DNA from: Phoronis australis | Lineage: Eukaryota; Animalia; Phoronida | Reading direction: 5' to 3' | Assembly: GCA_002633005.1 (NCBI GenBank) | Contig: NMRA01000126.1 | Coordinates: 140,979 to 204,978, forward strand | Length of the DNA stretch: 64,000 nucleotides | Shown here: piece by piece, positions 13,450-24,689 of the stretch | Layout: every line of letters starts with the position of its first letter | How positions within the stretch are numbered: the stretch's first letter is position 1 | The notes under the pieces: generated by a model | What the model was told of the DNA's origin: nothing | Seen by the model: only the letters and a program-made list of their open reading frames with translations | The model's database searches: none | Position numbers and translations under genes: made by a program

Positions 13450-13872
13450 TCCATATTATCAGACAGATGCTTGTCGAATGATTGTGAGCGCATGTTGACT
13501 TCGTATTTATCATAAGTGGAAGGGAGATTAGAAAGTCTGTGGTGACTGCAGAGTTTTGCCTTCGGCATACATGTATTTCAAAGTCGTGAATTTTGTGATT
13601 TTTTCTAGAAATTCTCTCACAGGGTAAAGTGAATAACTCTGCAGTAGTCGTTGCGAGATGGTACTTTCATCAGGATTTGTTTAGAAGATATTTTTGACGA
13701 GTTTTCGCGGCCCATGCTTCTTTAAGTGAGTGCGTAAAATTTGCGAAGACGCTAACAGTGATAACAGGCAGTGTAAAATGTTTTATCCATTCGAAAACAA
13801 ACAAAAGAATACATTAACATTTTGCGGAGTAAGTGGCTCTTATTACAGGATATAAAACCTGTCTTATTTAAG

Positions 13873-16124
13873 GACTCCACGTGGTCGCCAACAAAACTGT
13901 ATGGACTCCTTGGTCAAGTTGCTCCGCTACGTGCGGCGAGGGAGTGCGCGTGCGCAGTCAGCGATGTCCAGACGACAAACCGAAATGCAAACTTTTGGAA
14001 GAGTACCGCATACAAAGATGTGAAGCAGCGGTCAAGAGTTGTGAAACTGTAAACGACAGGGGGAGCTTAACTAGTAAACTATCTCTCAAAACGCAAAAGA
14101 TTCACAACGGCACGAAAACAGTGCCGATCATTAAGGGTCATGAGTTTGGACACACCGCAAGATGGAGTCATTGGACTCAGTGGTCGGAATGCGACTGTGG
14201 TTTTAGAAAGAAATTAAGGTTTCGTATCTGCGCTCACGATGCGTCTACACCGATTTACATTCCGTGCGAGGGTGCGCGGACTGAAGAAAAAGTTTGTGAT
14301 ATCACAGAAGGCTGTGTAAACTCTCTGTCTGTATATGAAGCCCCTACACTGGAAGCCCTTGGCATAAGGGTAAAAGAAAATGGAACACACGAAAAACACA
14401 TGAAACTAATGAGCACTAATTCAGGAGGTGTGGCAGACGGTACATTGAAAATTCCGTCATCTAAAATAAAACACAACAAAAACGTTGAGACTTCTCACGA
14501 CAAAGAATCGGTATTAAATCGCGCAAAGGCAACCATTGGTACCAAAAGGAACAAAAATCATAAGTTTGAAACAGATGAAAAGATCACATACACAGATACT
14601 AATATAGTGCTGTCAGAAAAATTTAACGAGAGTGAAAGCAAGGAAAAGATAAACGAAACTGAAAAAGTTTGGAAGAGCTCAAAAATAATCACAGATGACC
14701 AGTTGATTATAAGCAGTGGCAAGGGACATACGTCGATGGGCATGGAAAAGAACATTGATGAATTCTTGGAAAAACCAAGCGATCAAGAGTCAAAAGAAAT
14801 CATTCATGACTTGGGACGCCGCATAAGCAAACTTACAACGGATAGTGACGCGAAAATTGTTTCAGGCAATAGTGACATTGCAACAAAAGAGGTCAAAGAA
14901 GAAACAACGCACGACTTAATGGACGGCGGAAGACCGGTGCTTTTAGAGGCAATTCCCAATGAAGATGTTGATAGTACACTGGAGGTAAAACAAGTGGAGA
15001 CTTTCAATTCAGACCCGACTGAACAGGAAACAATTGAAGACCAAATAAATGAAATCGTGAAAGAAAGTAGAAACCAACTACAAAATGATGGTGACGATAC
15101 AGACCCCGTTTCGTCACACCGAGAAGCTACAGACTTCACATCAGCAGCAGCGTCAACAGCACCAGTGACAACATCTACAATCGTAAATGACAGTGCAATT
15201 GGAACGCAGGTATCAAGTGATACTATTGGAGTTGCACCAGTGCAGAAAACATCAAACCAAGTAAGCTGCAAAGGTTCTTACTGTCATAACAGCGTCTTGA
15301 GAGACAACGTTGCTGCCTACTTGAAAAAGATTGAAGAAGAGGAAGAAAATGAGAAGAAGCACAGGGTCAAGCGAGGTGTGCTTTTTGCGAAACTTCGCCA
15401 ACTTCGTCAGCTTTCAGACTTCGAATTGGCTGAGCAAGAACACAAAAAGAAACATCCGGGGGAGAAGACGGACAAAGATCTTACCGAGCCAGTCTGGGAC
15501 GAGCGCTACGAACCCAACATTGCCCATATCAAAATCTCGGACTCGTCCAAAAGTAGCAATGCTTTTGATGTACCTGTTGCCCTTTTGGATATTCCCGCTG
15601 TGAAGTTGGAAATGGGATTTGACGCAGACGATAAAGGCAAGGGAGGGGGTAAATCCAGCAACACGCACACACGCGACAAGCGTGGACTGAGCTACAAGGA
15701 TATGATCGCTTCAGAGCCTACTGACACAGCGAATAACAACTTCTTCGACACACCCCTGGAAGTAATACAAATCCCAACGAGGCAGGCGGCGCCTGAGTTA
15801 AATTGGGCCATTCAAAAAGGCAACAAACCGGTGCAGTGGCGAGAAAAAAGAGAAGATGAAAATAAAAAGGACAACAAAACGGAAGAGCATGACGAAGCGT
15901 GCGTCGGCTCATGTTGGTCTCAATGGTCGGAGTGGACCGAATGCTCTTCGTCTTGTGGCACGGGGCACAAGATACGGTCGCGTCACTGCAAGAAGAACAC
16001 TGACCGCAGGAAGAGGGACGACTACAACAACCAGAAAACGGAGACAGAGCATAAGATTCAGTCAATGAAGGGCAAGAATCCAAGGGTTGTTCATAAAGAC
16101 GATTGTAAAGGAGACGATCATAAG
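13873..16124 (+). CDS. TSP1-repeat membrane protein, exon 2 (TSP1 x2, long hydrophilic linker, start of TSP1 #3)
   Basis: 750-codon open frame; WTPWSSCSATCGEGVRVRSQRC, WSHWTQWSECDCG..RFRIC, WSQWSEWTECSSSCGTGHKIRSRHC; acceptor TTTAAG| just after an in-frame TAA; donor AAG|GTAATC. Confidence 0.9.
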
Positions 16125-16293
16125 GTAATCTAATAACTGCAATTACTTTGGAAAAAGTTCAGTACCAACAGATGGAGTGTTAGACTTTTTTCGATATACT
16201 TTAGTAGGTCAAAGCCCTGTACAGTTGTATCTCGTCATCATGGTGGGTGAATCCATTGTTGCCAGTACTTTAACCACTTTTGCTCTAACTTAG

Positions 16294-16516
16294 GTAACGG
16301 CTTGCACCACCGAAGTCAACGACCCTGACTGTAAGAACTGGGACAAGATTAAAGGTTCGGGAATTCAATGGGGAGGCGAAGGATCAGCCATCGACATGAC
16401 GGAAAACGAAATCGCAGATGAAAAAATAGACGCCATTTTGAAAATTTTGGCGGACTCCACGTTGAGTGAAAGGCAAACGGCTAAGAAAATAAACGACACG
16501 AACATGGAGGCCGCTA
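16294..16516 (+). CDS. TSP1-repeat membrane protein, exon 3
   Basis: CTTAG|; VTACTTEVNDPDC completes TSP1 #3; open frame to A|GTGAGT, phase 1. Confidence 0.8.
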
Positions 16517-16545
16517 GTGAGTTAACAATCTATGCGTATAAGAAT

Positions 16546-17207
16546 TAAGACACAATAACACAATTTATTCGATATTAGATATATACCTGAAGCACGACTA
16601 AAATCTGTCTCTTGTGCACTCATAGTTTTCGTTCCAGTTCTCGGAGAAGGGTGTTTTTAAAACTACATCAGGTTGTTTTCAACAAATGCCTCTCACGTCG
16701 CGAGAAGAGAAACACTGTTGACACACTGGCGGATCTAGGATATACAACCACGATTTTCGAAGGAATCGTAGAACCTAAAAACGGTATACCTAGACTTCTT
16801 TATTGATAGGTTCCGTAGGGGGAGGGGGCACTAAGTCCGCCTGTGACAAAGCTTACAACGAACGTCAACCATNTAAGACAGAATAACACAATTTTTTCGA
16901 TATTAGATATACACCTGAAGCACGACTAAAATCTGTCTCTTGTGCACTCATAGTTTTCGTTCCAGTTCTCGGAGAAGGGTGTTTTTAAAACTACATCAGG
17001 TTGTTTTCAACAAATGCCTGTCACATCTCACGTCGCGAGAAGAGAAACACTGTTGACACACTGGCGGATCTAGGATATGCAACCACGATTTTCGAAGGAA
17101 TCGTAGAACCTAAAAACGGTATACCTAGACTTCTTTATTTATAGGTTCCGTAGGGGGAGGGGGCACTAAGTCCGCCTGTGACAAAGCTTACAACGAACGT
17201 CAACCAT
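16546..17207. repeat. Near-identical 330-bp tandem duplicate separated by a single N (16873); each copy holds a MITE (16724-16845 in copy 1)
   Basis: 16546-16872 vs 16874-17207 differ by a few SNPs and one short indel; likely an assembly/haplotype overlap. Confidence 0.85.
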
Positions 17208-17818
17208 TAGAAGAATTTTGAGGCGGGAAAAGTGTTTCACTACATCCTTTGTTACATACATGATATAAATAAACACGTAGACATGTGTTTATGCATAAAC
17301 TTTGGTTCTGATCAGTGGTTACTAAGGTGTCAATCTTGATAAGGTTCACATTTCCTTCTAAAGAAAACTGTTCTATGTCACTGAATTCACATCACTTTGA
17401 GGCAGTTGCTATAGCTGCGTTGGCAAGCCTCTATTAAGAACTAAGGGGAACTTATTTGTGAGGCTGTAGAAAAATTCTTTACTTTCTGCAGCTTGAAAGA
17501 TGGGTCGGGTACAGATCCGACACAAACATTTTGTCGGTTCAGTTGAAAAGATCATTGCATATACAGGTATTCCGTAAATCACCTGGTCTTCAGGGTAATG
17601 ATTGGCGAAAATCAATTATTTCTATGTGAGTTAACAAAATCGTATACTGTTAACTCGCTTAGAATAACAATCAATCACTGCCTTATAGTTTGATTGGCAG
17701 TTACCAATACCAGTGGCGCTCTAAATGAGCAAGAAAATTAAACAGACTGTAGAAATTATAATGTTTTTTCACACTATACTATGCCGATAACTGGCATTGT
17801 ACTTGATCCTGTCGACAG

Positions 17819-18001
17819 GGGGCTGCGAGCTCTCCGTCTGGAGTCAGTGGTCTTCGTGCTCCACCTCATGCGGACAGGGCGTGAAATACCGAAAGAAAGC
17901 GTGTCGCACCAAGAAGGGCGAAAAGTGCGTCCACTGCTTCGGCGACAACGAGGAGACGCTTGTGTGCAATCAGAACACGGAGGACGCCTGTGGGCATAAA
18001 G
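17819..18001 (+). CDS. TSP1-repeat membrane protein, exon 4 (TSP1 #4)
   Basis: GACAG|; GCELSVWSQWSSCSTSCGQGVKYRKKAC...CFGDNEETLVCNQ; 3' end uncertain because the donor AAG|GTCTAA is weak. Confidence 0.8.
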
Positions 18002-20605
18002 GTCTAAGTCGCTTTCTCAATCACCCCTGGTCACAAGTGACTGATTTGAACGAGACAGTGAACTAGGGTAGTATGCTAGTCTAGTTCCGTACGTGAAACG
18101 TCATTAACCGTGTGTAAGAGCTGCAAAATATTTTCATACTTCTCCAATATACAGCAGGCGAATAGCGAGCGCTCTGTGAATAATGGAATTAATCATGAAC
18201 AAAGTTAAAACATCGCTATCGTCAGCTTTGTTGACCAGCATAGATAACTACACCAAATTCATAAAATCTCGAGTGAGCTAATCAAAACTACGATAATTTC
18301 CCTAGAGTCCTAGTTGTAGCTGTAACAATTTTTTTGCCAGTGATATTTTTCTATATTTTTCATTTTAAAGGATGCTAAACCGAGTTTTCCAATCAAATGA
18401 CAATTTTTACAACTACACCGCTTTTTAACATCTTTTAAACGAAAAAAAAAACGTCGTTTTTAACGCTTTCCAACTCGCCTCATAAGTTCGAGCACGTTTG
18501 AAAAATCCAGGCACGAACAAACGCTTGAGGCGAATTGTGGGGAAACCCTCACACTTCCGGCAAGCCACAGTACGGTGAGAAATGATGCTTTTGGAGGCGC
18601 AGTTCTCACAGGTGATTGCTTATCAGAACACACGTCAATGGACTATTCACCCTTTCTTCACTCAGTCAAAAACTGCACGCAAAAAAAAATTTGAGTCCTT
18701 TCACATTGAAACCTCACATACAAATGAGTGCAGAAACTTTATTCTCTCTTGCATTTTTTATCCTTTCCCTCCCACTGAAAACCAGGCTAAACTATGAAAA
18801 GTAGGCGCTAAAAACGCAAAATCGGCACATTTCACCCCAAAACCATCACTTCCCTGCCGATGCTCGACTAAAGCCAACATTAGCTTCCTAAAGCAATTTT
18901 CCTACCAATTCCAAACATGTGGTCCAAATGCATTGGCAACTGATTAGTTTTTTTTTGCGAATCTGGCGTGTTTGAGAGCTACCTGAAATCGCGGCCAATT
19001 TATCAGTTGCTACCCAGCAATGCACAATTGCAACAGGGGGCCACCATCTTGAAAAAGAGTGCAGCTACAGCCGAGCAAATTGTCTTTTTTCATTCTCAAC
19101 ATGTTCACAAATACGAACAAACCACATTCACTTAGCTCACATACAACACCTAACCAAAAAATACCCCAAGCCTGGCCTACACCTAGATTTTGATATTTTG
19201 GAAGTGCAAATTGGCCGCGGCCGCAGCCTAACTATTCAGTGCCACCTTTTATCATGGACCGCGCACCATAGAGGGCTGGGGGCTATATATAGCCCCACTT
19301 TTTTCAGTGCTCCATGGTCTATGAGCGGTGAAGCACAGGGGGTTGGGGGGGGGGGGGCTATAGCCCCCACTTTAGTGCTGCGCCGCCTAAAGTTTAGACT
19401 CGGAGCTGGAACTGTATAGGCCTAATCAAATTATGTGACAGGACTACACTCTTTCAGGGTGCTACGAAAGGTAGCACTATGAAATGTTGTTTATCAGGGC
19501 TTCTCATTGGTTAAAGTAATGAAGCCGACGTCATAATTAACATTCAGTCATTATCATTGGTTGTAATCTGGGAAACCCCTTTCTGTTTACTGACACGTTG
19601 TATGGCGGCAATCTTTGACTTGAATAGCTGCAATTTACTAAATCGGGCAGTGATCGAAGTAAACAAAATCAAGAAAACCCCGATCCCGTGCCTAAGCCCA
19701 AAAAGTACAATGCATTGAGGGCGTGTGCATGGGGTGGCGATGTGATCGATAAACTTCCGACCAAGCATGCGCTTAGATGCCCACACTAGGAATTCCGTGT
19801 ATCGTTCATCGTGTTACAACAGGGCCACTTTTCAGAATAGGTGGCGCTGTGTCAGAGGGTAGTGAAAGGACCAGCTCGGTCGAGTAAGCTTTAAGGCCTT
19901 CTTCGAACGGAGTTTTGTTTTTGTAGATGTACTGAACTGTCCACATGGTCCTACCAATGTTTTCAAATTAGCAACACTACAAAACACTGTACATTTAAAC
20001 ACGTACTCAACACAGCACGGGCGTGCTCGTCCAGTTCCGTGTGACGTCATTGGTGGGCATTCCTACATCTAGCAATTTCAGGTTTGCAGAAAAAACGTTT
20101 TTCGAGCATGGCGTTGTATGGAAAATGACAAATTGTATCGAATGAGCGTGGACACCGCAGTTCTTCGTGAAGTAGCGTTTTCGCGCCACAGCGAGAAACA
20201 GCAAACACAGTACGGTCGATAGCAGTACTTCACCAATACGGAATGTGAATGGGTGTTTGAAGCTAGCTCGTTCTCTCAGTGACGTACAAGAAAGCTCAAG
20301 CCTAAACGTTCATTAAATTTGAGATAAAGTGATGCTTTTAACACACGTTAGAAACTAACTTTACATATGTTACCTTGTAGGCTTTAAGAGATGATTTTAG
20401 ATTTCAAAATTGTGTAGGGTTTTCTTTAATATGTAACGCTGATATGATTCATTGTCAGCCTAGGCTACATTCATGTATGGTCAATATCAACATCGTTATT
20501 GTAGCGGTATAGCAATACATTTCAAACTTTAGTTCTAATATAAACGACAATTTTAGCGACACAGTTAGCATATCATTTTACATCATTGATGTTTCTATTT
20601 TTCAG

Positions 20606-20799
20606 CTACTGTACGCAAAGGTCGTAGCGTGGACGACATTCTAACCTACTCCGCGGGCAATCCGCTGTTCATACCGACCGTCGGCATCGCTTCTGGTCTC
20701 TTGGCGTCCGGAGTTTTTGCGATTACAGTAGCATGCATCAGACGATACAGATCGTCTTCAAGAGTTCCAGTCACTCCACCACCCACTCTTCGTTACTAA
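20606..20799 (+). CDS. TSP1-repeat membrane protein, terminal exon (transmembrane helix plus short tail)
   Basis: TTTTTCAG|; ATVRKGRSVDDILTYSAGNP-LFIPTVGIASGLLASGVFAITVACI-RRYRSSSRVPVTPPPTLRY*; phase 1 matches exon 4. Confidence 0.75.
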
Positions 20800-21040
20800 T
20801 TTCACAAATTGGTAGACTGCCTTGAATCCATTATTTATATTCATAGTTTTGAATAACTAAACTGCGAAATGTGTAAATTATATTCGTCTACCGTAACCTA
20901 TAGGTCGTGACAACACTGAATTCCGTGGAATGAAATGTTTTTCATTTAATAATAACTCCTCCTATCCAGACAAGTCATAGTCGAACTCCGTTGTTTGAAA
21001 ATATTGCTAGTGTACTTTACGGTCTTGAGTAGTATGTGCC

Positions 21041-21640
21041 TTAAAGAGGCATGGAACGCGAAAGCTCGTCAAAAATATCGCTTAAACAATTCCTGACGAA
21101 AGAACCATGTCGTAACGTCTACTACAGAGTTATTCACTTTCTCCTGAGAGCGAATTTCCACGACAAGTCACACAATTCACGATTTTTGAAATATCCACGA
21201 ATTAAGGGAAAACTGTAGTCACCATAGACTTTCTAATCTTCCTCTCACTTATGATAAAAGCGCGCATGCGCTCACACACATTCTACAAATAGCTGACTGA
21301 CAAAACGGATATTAATGGCTGATTATCATGTGCGATCGCACTCAGAATCTGTGGTCGACACCACGGTATGAGGCAAGTCAATGAAGCAAAATATTTCCCG
21401 AAGACAATTCCAAATGCATTTTAGAATATACTACTATACCTTTATAAATAATTTCAAACATCAATTACCTCTTAATCGGGCTGCTGCTTGAAGTCACTAT
21501 TGTCTTGCTTACATCCAGTGCCAAGGCTCACAATTCCCATATAAGTTAAATCTACTACGTCTATGACTTGCTATACCAAGTAAGGAGACGTGCTTTGCCT
21601 TGTGGCAGAAAAATCAACGAGGTGACGAGCAGTAGCTTTT
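21041..21640. mobile_element. Partial inverted copy of the 12700-13725 TTAA element
   Basis: TTAAAGAGGCATGG..CGCGAAA.CTCGTCAAAAATATC and GTGACGAGCAGTAG match the reverse complement of 13085-13725. Confidence 0.7.
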
Positions 21641-23669
21641 TTGCTATGAAGATCGATACCGCATATCATCGACATATTGCGATTCAAATGAATTTCTTTA
21701 ATTTTCGCACATCAATGTGTTTCCTAAGAAATTTTAATAATTAAACGGCCTTTTATTCGAATTAATATTCATACAGGCATGGCCTTATTAGTAGGAATTT
21801 AAGGTTTACACTGACAAGTTCGAAGTTCTTGAATGAAGTCAAACCAGTAGAACTACATGTACACAATAAGCATGCTGCTTTTACACAATTACCATTTCAA
21901 TGTCGTACATGTACATTTGAAATTTGTGAGCTACGCATTTTATTTACATTGAAGTCACATGTTTTTACTCCAACATGAAATTATGCTGAAGGACTACACA
22001 ATTATCAAATCTCGAAAACAAAGTACTAAAATTCGAAAGAGAGCAATGTTGTCTTTATTGTAAATTCATATACAGTACAAATGGTGTGGCGAATCATGCT
22101 TGAGAAAAATGCAAGTGGGGTTTGGAAATAGCAGTGAATATTTTGGGAAGGTGGAAAAAAAGCAATATCGTGCCTATTGGATATTTTTTCTTAAAATTTT
22201 AACCATTCTACATTTGCCCTACAGAACTACTTCCACATATTTTTCAAAGAAGCACAGACAAGTTGCTGACATTGCTACGAGCTAAACTGTACAGTATATG
22301 CAATAAAACAAAACCCATGAGACTAGGCCAGCATTTTTTGCAATAGATGTCGATTGTAATTGTATTATACAAATGAACTTATGGCGATTTTTCTGTATAA
22401 TGGAATAAAAATATTGGAAAGAATGCAAGTTCTGCGTCTAAAGCTAATCCAAAAAAACCACTTGCTTCTGTCCACAAAAACACTATGAACACTCTATAGC
22501 AACACCACCGGCTGTGCCTCAAAAGCTTGGGATAAATATGCAAATCCTCCGCCATGGTATCCCTTACTAAAGTTGTAAAATTATCCCAAGGTATTTGTAA
22601 TTGTGGCACACCTTTAATAAAGCCAACCAAAAACATTTACTCTATTAATTTTATTCTTGTGCATGTGTTTGATGCAGCCCCGTTATGTTATTGAAGAAGC
22701 AGCTAACAGGTTTATTTGCATTCGTTACCATGATGATTATTTTTGGATTTTCAAAACAGTGCTACTGGTTTTGACATACCAGCCACCGGTCTTTGGTTTT
22801 AGTTATTAATTCATGTTAACCTGTTCGTTAGCTTTTCCCAGTCTTTATGATTCCAAAAAGACTATTTTCGTGTTGCGTACTTGAGTTGTTTGGTAATAAT
22901 TATTTTTTGAATTTACAAACGTCCAACTGGTTATGATACATCTTTGATAGAACAAATAATATTTGCCGTTTAAAATCTTTATGTGTGTGGTTGGTATGTG
23001 GGTTTGTAGGTTATTACACTACAAATCAAGATTACCTGGTTAGCTTGCCTACGCCCCCAAGTTTATGGGAAGGGTCACTAAAGTTATTTGAGCATGGTTG
23101 CCTACTTCTAACATGGCTGACATCAAGCCTTAAATTAGCGATCTTGACACTGAAACTACCAGATTACCTTGGTAACAATACCCAACTTAGCTTGGCAAGA
23201 CCCCAACGTTTCAACAAAGAAGCAGCCCATGAACTGTAGTTAAGGTTGCCCACAAATTGATGCAAACTCCAAGGGTTCGATAGATGCAGTTCCATGCCAG
23301 AAAACACTGATATCATCGATTCCATTCGTAGACTGTATGTTGGCTATCGGTGGTCGACGCGATATTGATGCACATTATCTTCACCTGTTAACTTGTGGAA
23401 AGCGTGCATTCCTTACTTTCCCTTCCATCGACCGACCATGCATTATGCTTAGATCCAACTGCACCAAAATGCTTTGATTTGCATCAAGTGAAGTACATTT
23501 TGAAAGATGAAAACCAATCGTGACATTTTTGTCGTCATGTAACCACTCAGGAGGCAAATGCACATTCCATCCTATTGTCTCTTTAATGAAATATATAAAC
23601 CTCTTTCAACTTGTCCACATAAACGTAAGAGATGCATTGTAGCGTTGTGCTTCGTGACAAAGACTTCAT

Positions 23670-24689
23670 TTAGGAACACGCAGAAGGAGAGGTCTGCGTC
23701 CGATTCGATTCGCTACTGAAGGTGTATGCATTGGCAGAAGACAACATCGCTCGAAAGCGTATATAAACTGTTTTATTGCGAACTACATAGAGGATAGGGT
23801 CTATTACAGGGTTGAGCCTAAACACTATTCCGCCAACTAAAGATGCAGTTATGATTGATTTGTTGTCTGCCTTATTGTCGTCGTCGGCCGAAATTGTCAG
23901 AAGAATTATGTTGAGTGGCAAATAACACAGTGCGAAAGAAAATACGATTAAAAGAGATGTAGTCACACTTTTGGACATACTTACGAGTGTTTGAGCATCT
24001 TTTTCGAGAAATCGTTGATGCTCTCGGATTTTACGGAAAATGAAAATGTAGACCGCAGTCAGTATAACGAAAAATACCAGCATTATCCCATGAGTTATGT
24101 GGTAGACGCGAATGACCCAAACATTGTGGAAAAATAGGACAAACCATGTGGTCCTCACAGGAGATACTAAGTTGAGGAACAGCGGTAGAAAACCGAAGAG
24201 GAACGCCAGAAGCCATGCAATTCCTATAGCAATGAACGTACGACCTTCCGTCACCAATTGCGAATATTTAAGGGGCTTCCAAATGGCAATAAAACGATCT
24301 ATTGTTATTTCCATTGAAATGAAAAACGTCGCATATTGCATCATGTCTCCCGCGCAAAACAAGACTAAATGAATGTATTCCGATTCGAAGAGAGTTGTGT
24401 TAAATTTTCCGTCTCCACAATTGTGGTTGAAGTCCCAAATGTAGATGATGTCGAATACTGGCGACAAAAGATCTGACACCGCCAAACTCGTTAAAATAAG
24501 CAACGCTGGCTTTTTGTGTTTGATGGTAACCAGTAAAAGAAGCGCGAAAATGTTAAATATAACACCAACACTGTTGAGCGACGTGAACAGCACGTTATAT
24601 GTCGAGCAAAAGAGTGGTAAGGATGTGTTTCCAGTGAGAACTTCTTGCTTTAGGTCCCCATCAGAAAAGTACGTATAAGGCTCCGCCAT
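23670..24689 (-). CDS. Rhodopsin-like (class A) GPCR, 339 aa, orphan
   Basis: Seven hydrophobic segments; SLAVSDL (TM2), IDRFIAIWKPLKY (TM3/ICL2), FALCYLP (TM6), RLNPVIDPILY (TM7). Confidence 0.95.
   Translation of the reverse strand: MAEPYTYFSDGDLKQEVLTGNTSLPLFCSTYNVLFTSLNSVGVIFNIFALLLLVTIKHKKPALLILTSLAVSDLLSPVFDIIYIWDFNHNCGDGKFNTTLFESEYIHLVLFCAGDMMQYATFFISMEITIDRFIAIWKPLKYSQLVTEGRTFIAIGIAWLLAFLFGFLPLFLNLVSPVRTTWFVLFFHNVWVIRVYHITHGIMLVFFVILTAVYIFIFRKIREHQRFLEKDAQTLVSMSKSVTTSLLIVFSFALCYLPLNIILLTISADDDNKADNKSIITASLVGGIVFRLNPVIDPILYVVRNKTVYIRFRAMLSSANAYTFSSESNRTQTSPSACS

Larger units (their letters stand above)
12700..13725. mobile_element. Non-autonomous TTAA-bounded DNA transposon (Kolobok/Crypton-like) in intron 1
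   Basis: Ends TTAAAGAGGC ... GCTTCTTTAA; inverted related copy at 21041-21640. Confidence 0.6.

Noticed and set aside
13362-13568. ORF with a poly-Ile run
   Set aside because: Antisense translation of the (AAT)15 microsatellite
14214-16083. Several antisense and off-frame ORFs (e.g. 14804-15271)
   Set aside because: Shadows of the long TSP1 exon
16546-17207. Recent 330-bp tandem duplication
   Set aside because: A single N sits exactly at the junction and the copies differ like alleles; probably a contig overlap artifact (other lone Ns at 7510 and 48689)
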